Made by a program: the position numbers and the translations under genes. The notes below the pieces were generated by a model. It searched no databases. It had not been told where the DNA came from and saw nothing but the letters and a program-made list of their open reading frames with translations. A DNA stretch of 64,000 nt from Eukaryota sp. GEM-RC1 (lineage: Eukaryota), in assembly GCA_040285855.1 (NCBI GenBank), contig JAUFOQ010000001.1, positions 2,542,001 to 2,606,000 on the forward strand, read 5' to 3'. Within the stretch, counting starts at the first letter, position 1; each line of letters begins with the position of its first letter. Positions 61,145-64,000 of the stretch are shown piece by piece.

Positions 61145-64000
61145 TATGTTGTGAAAACACTTCCATCTCTGCTGTTGTATGTACTCTACTTCTATTCATG
61201 TGTTATCCCTTCCCATCCTCCGTTCCCAAAAGACCTCACCGCCGACGGTGACATTGAGTCCAATCCCGGACCGTTGTCCAAAGACTCCCTAGAGTATCTG
61301 AATCCTGGCCAATGGATAGATGATTACGCCCTTTCCGAATACTCAAAACACCTATTCAAAGAAGCAAACCTTGATTGGGAATGCTATTTCATTACTCCAG
61401 ATGAGATGTGGTCAGATTTTTTAACTGATGGATACTGCCAAAATAAGATTGATGACGCCCGGGAGAGAAGCACCAGATACTTCGCTGTTCCTCTCAACGA
61501 TGCTATGAATACAACAGGTGGATCTGGAGGAGTTCATTGGGGTCTAATGGTAATAGACTGTGCGGAAAACAACGCGATATTTGTGGATCCAATTGTTGGT
61601 TCTTCTTATCTAAGTTCTGTTGTAGATGAATTATGTAGGAAAGTAACATTGAACGTACAGAGGGTCAACATCACCAAGACACAGACTCCTAATGACTGTG
61701 GTATTTATGTTATTGGTTATATTCAAAAATTTGTTGAACTCATTTCAAGGGATGGCATCAATCTATCTTTGATCTCTATTGAACGTGCTTTAATCCAAGT
61801 TAACAATGAACTTAATGCTGCAGATCTCCGTAAACAGATTCAAAAATTGTTTACTTATGTTGACGATCAATTGTTCATCAAATATTCCAAAATACTTGTG
61901 GAATCAACAGGTTTAATCTTTTATGACTATGTAATTGGGCCAACTGATTTATATCCGTTATTATATGGTGACCAACCCTATAGTAAATATCCATTTTCAA
62001 ATTTTTTGACGCAGAAATTCTTCCAATGTGGTCAAAACAACCAACAAATGCTACTTGTTCCTGTCAATAGTGCAATGTGTGATCTTACTGCTGATGGTCG
62101 TCATTGGGGTTTAATTATTCTGATCATTTCATCTCCTACAAGTCATATTTTATTCATTGATCCGACCTACGTTGAGGATGATTATGCCAGAGAATTTCCT
62201 GCTAACCAAACGCCAGTTGCACTATCTTCCTCCAATTTATTTACAATTGTGTCAAAAATTTATTCAGTGTTGTCAATGTGTGAAACCAGAAATATAGAAT
62301 TTATTTCATCAAATATCAAACATACTCTAACTGACTCTGGTTTTTGTGTTCTCGAATACATTGATCTTTTAATGAATTTAGATCAATCTGTGGTCATAAG
62401 GTGGACTGATGTTAAAGAACTGCTGGGTAATACCACTATTGCTGTTCACGAGTCTCGAAGTAAAATTTTGGAACATTTTGAAACTTTTAGTCCTGTTGAT
62501 TTGTCGCATGTGCCAAAAATGCCAGCCGTCCCTCCAAAACGTTTGTCCAGTTCAAGTGTTTCAACCGGTGCCACTCCTCAAACTAAAGTTTCTGCCATTA
62601 ACTTATTGCCACCGACTGTATCAAAACCTGTTCCTGCGTCTCTCACAGGTTTGCGTCTAGCTAGCACTAAAGCATCCACTGGTTTAAGCACCAAAAAAAG
62701 TAAACCCAAACTTGCATCACCAAGAGGTTCACCTCGAATTAAACACAAGGAATCCAGAACAACCAACTCCCTTGTATCAACTGGTATCACTCCTCAAACT
62801 AACATTTCTGTGACCACCGTATCTGAACCCGTTCCCACGTCTCCAACTCCTAAACCATCAATTACAGAACAAGAACCCAAACAACCACAAAAGTTCTGTG
62901 TAATTGAGATAGAAAGTGTGATCTCAGATCCTGAACGCTTGAATCTTAAAGTCGTTCGAGTTAAACAGGAGCCAGAAGTAGACGAAGAGATTGAATCAAC
63001 TTCGGAAGGTATTCCACAAATTCAGGATACTACTTTTGAAATTCAGCGTGATCCAGATTTAGACCCAATTGTGTCAATCTCTCTTCAGTTTACCCATGAT
63101 AAATTTGCAAATGAAACTCACCTATTCACCCATAATGTTTCAGAAATTTCACTTCCTAATTGTGTAGTTCACACGTTTACAACTGAAAAATCAATGTTAA
63201 CAAATTTCATTACATTTTTAAATCTTAACAAGCCCAGTTTGTTAATAAGTTATGATTGGCATTTAGATACTTTTCCGTTTTTTGTATCACGATGTAAAAA
63301 ATTAGAAATTGACATTGATTATACAATTGATGATTACATTTCTTCTCTTCCATCTTGGTTCCATAGATGGTGCAAACCAACGGAAATTGGTCCTTTTATT
63401 CCCTTGACTTGAATTCAGTATTGAAGAAGTTGTATGTCTTTAGAAGAGGTCGGTTTTTGGAAAACGTGACAACAATTATGATGGACATGAATAATCATTC
63501 AAGAACATTTGAAAGTTTTGACAAGGAAAATATCTTCCTTAAGAGAATATTTCATTCTTTAGACAATCCTCTAGTGTCAGATGAAGAAATGAAGGTTAAA
63601 ACCGAAGAACGTCAAAACAAAGCGCCATCTGTGAAACTAAAACCCAAGGCTGTTATGGAGATTCGATTGTTAGCAGAATTAACAAAACTTAATGAACTTT
63701 GGGAATCTAAAACTTCGAGAGACACTTCGAGAGCCACTTTGTTATTGAACTCAATCAATAAGTTGTTTCTAATACAATACATTCTCTTTGATCTTCTCGA
63801 TGAAAAGAAGCAAAAATTAAGAGAACGACCACCAATGAAGGTGGTGAAAAAACGATTAGATAATGTTGTATCAAAGACTAAAGCCAATTGGATGGAGTCT
63901 TGTGCTAAGAGAGCTCATCGTGAGACTTTGTTGCTCTTTAATCTTTCTTTCGAAAATGGCAACTGTTTGGTCCATTCATCTTCAAAATTACGTTTCACAA
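60935..64000 (+). CDS. Polyprotein: repeat leader - 2A - SENP8/Ulp-like protease - inactive protease copy - low-complexity linker - degenerate PolB exonuclease (incomplete at window edge)
   Basis: DLTADGDIESNPGP; W.DD..PLND..GGVHWGL..D..QTPNDCGIYVI; second copy with HW..D but DSG; then FCVIEIES..PDLDPIVSI..FTTEKSML..F..F....PSLLISY..FPFF..R. After CCC at 63401 a shifted frame (LDLNSVLKKLY...) stays open to 64000. Confidence 0.75.
61232..61273 (+). other. 2A-like StopGo ribosome-skipping motif
   Basis: DLTADGDIESNPG/P matches the D(V/I)ExNPG-P consensus exactly and is in frame directly before the protease domain. Confidence 0.88.

Larger units (their letters stand above)
48600..64000. mobile_element. 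Large virus- or transposon-like element (>15 kb, right end outside the window; left boundary approximate)
   Basis: Abrupt switch from housekeeping genes to a cluster of PIF1 helicase, giant DEAH helicase, Ulp-family proteases, a 2A-containing PolB-like polyprotein and tandem arrays. No TIR or TSD identified. Confidence 0.6.

Overview
Gene-dense, AT-rich eukaryotic (protist-like) genomic DNA. Bases 1-48 kb hold housekeeping genes: eIF2B-alpha, prefoldin 3, a FERM protein, VPS4, PPi-dependent phosphofructokinase, glycogen branching enzyme, a PH protein, PIG-X-like, an RFC small subunit, a 3'-5' exonuclease fusion and a NEDD1-like WD40 protein. Three genes carry tiny 27-29 nt GT-AG introns that share a CTCAT(Y)nCAG 3' end. 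PPi-PFK plus minimal introns suggests an anaerobic protist such as a metamonad (inference only). Four paralogues share a coiled-coil + B30.2/SPRY-like C-terminus that is nearly identical except for hypervariable loops; three have a BTB head and one a RING-kinase head. One of them is split by a young MULE transposon (61-bp TIRs, 9-bp TSD). Also present are hAT-type MITEs with 8-bp TSDs and five 3' remnants of an RLE-type non-LTR retrotransposon. From about 48.6 kb to the window edge the sequence becomes a >15 kb virus- or transposon-like block. It contains a 35 x 15-bp minisatellite, a PIF1 helicase C-terminal half, a ~2,000-aa DEAH helicase (interrupted by a 1-kb gag-only LTR element), a Ulp1-family protease, a ~115-bp tandem array, and a polyprotein with a 2A ribosome-skipping motif (DIESNPG/P), an active and a dead SENP8/Ulp-like protease and a degenerate family-B DNA polymerase exonuclease that runs off the window. 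Most frameshifts fall in homopolymer runs and are probably assembly errors. All protein calls come from motif recognition; no database searches were run.
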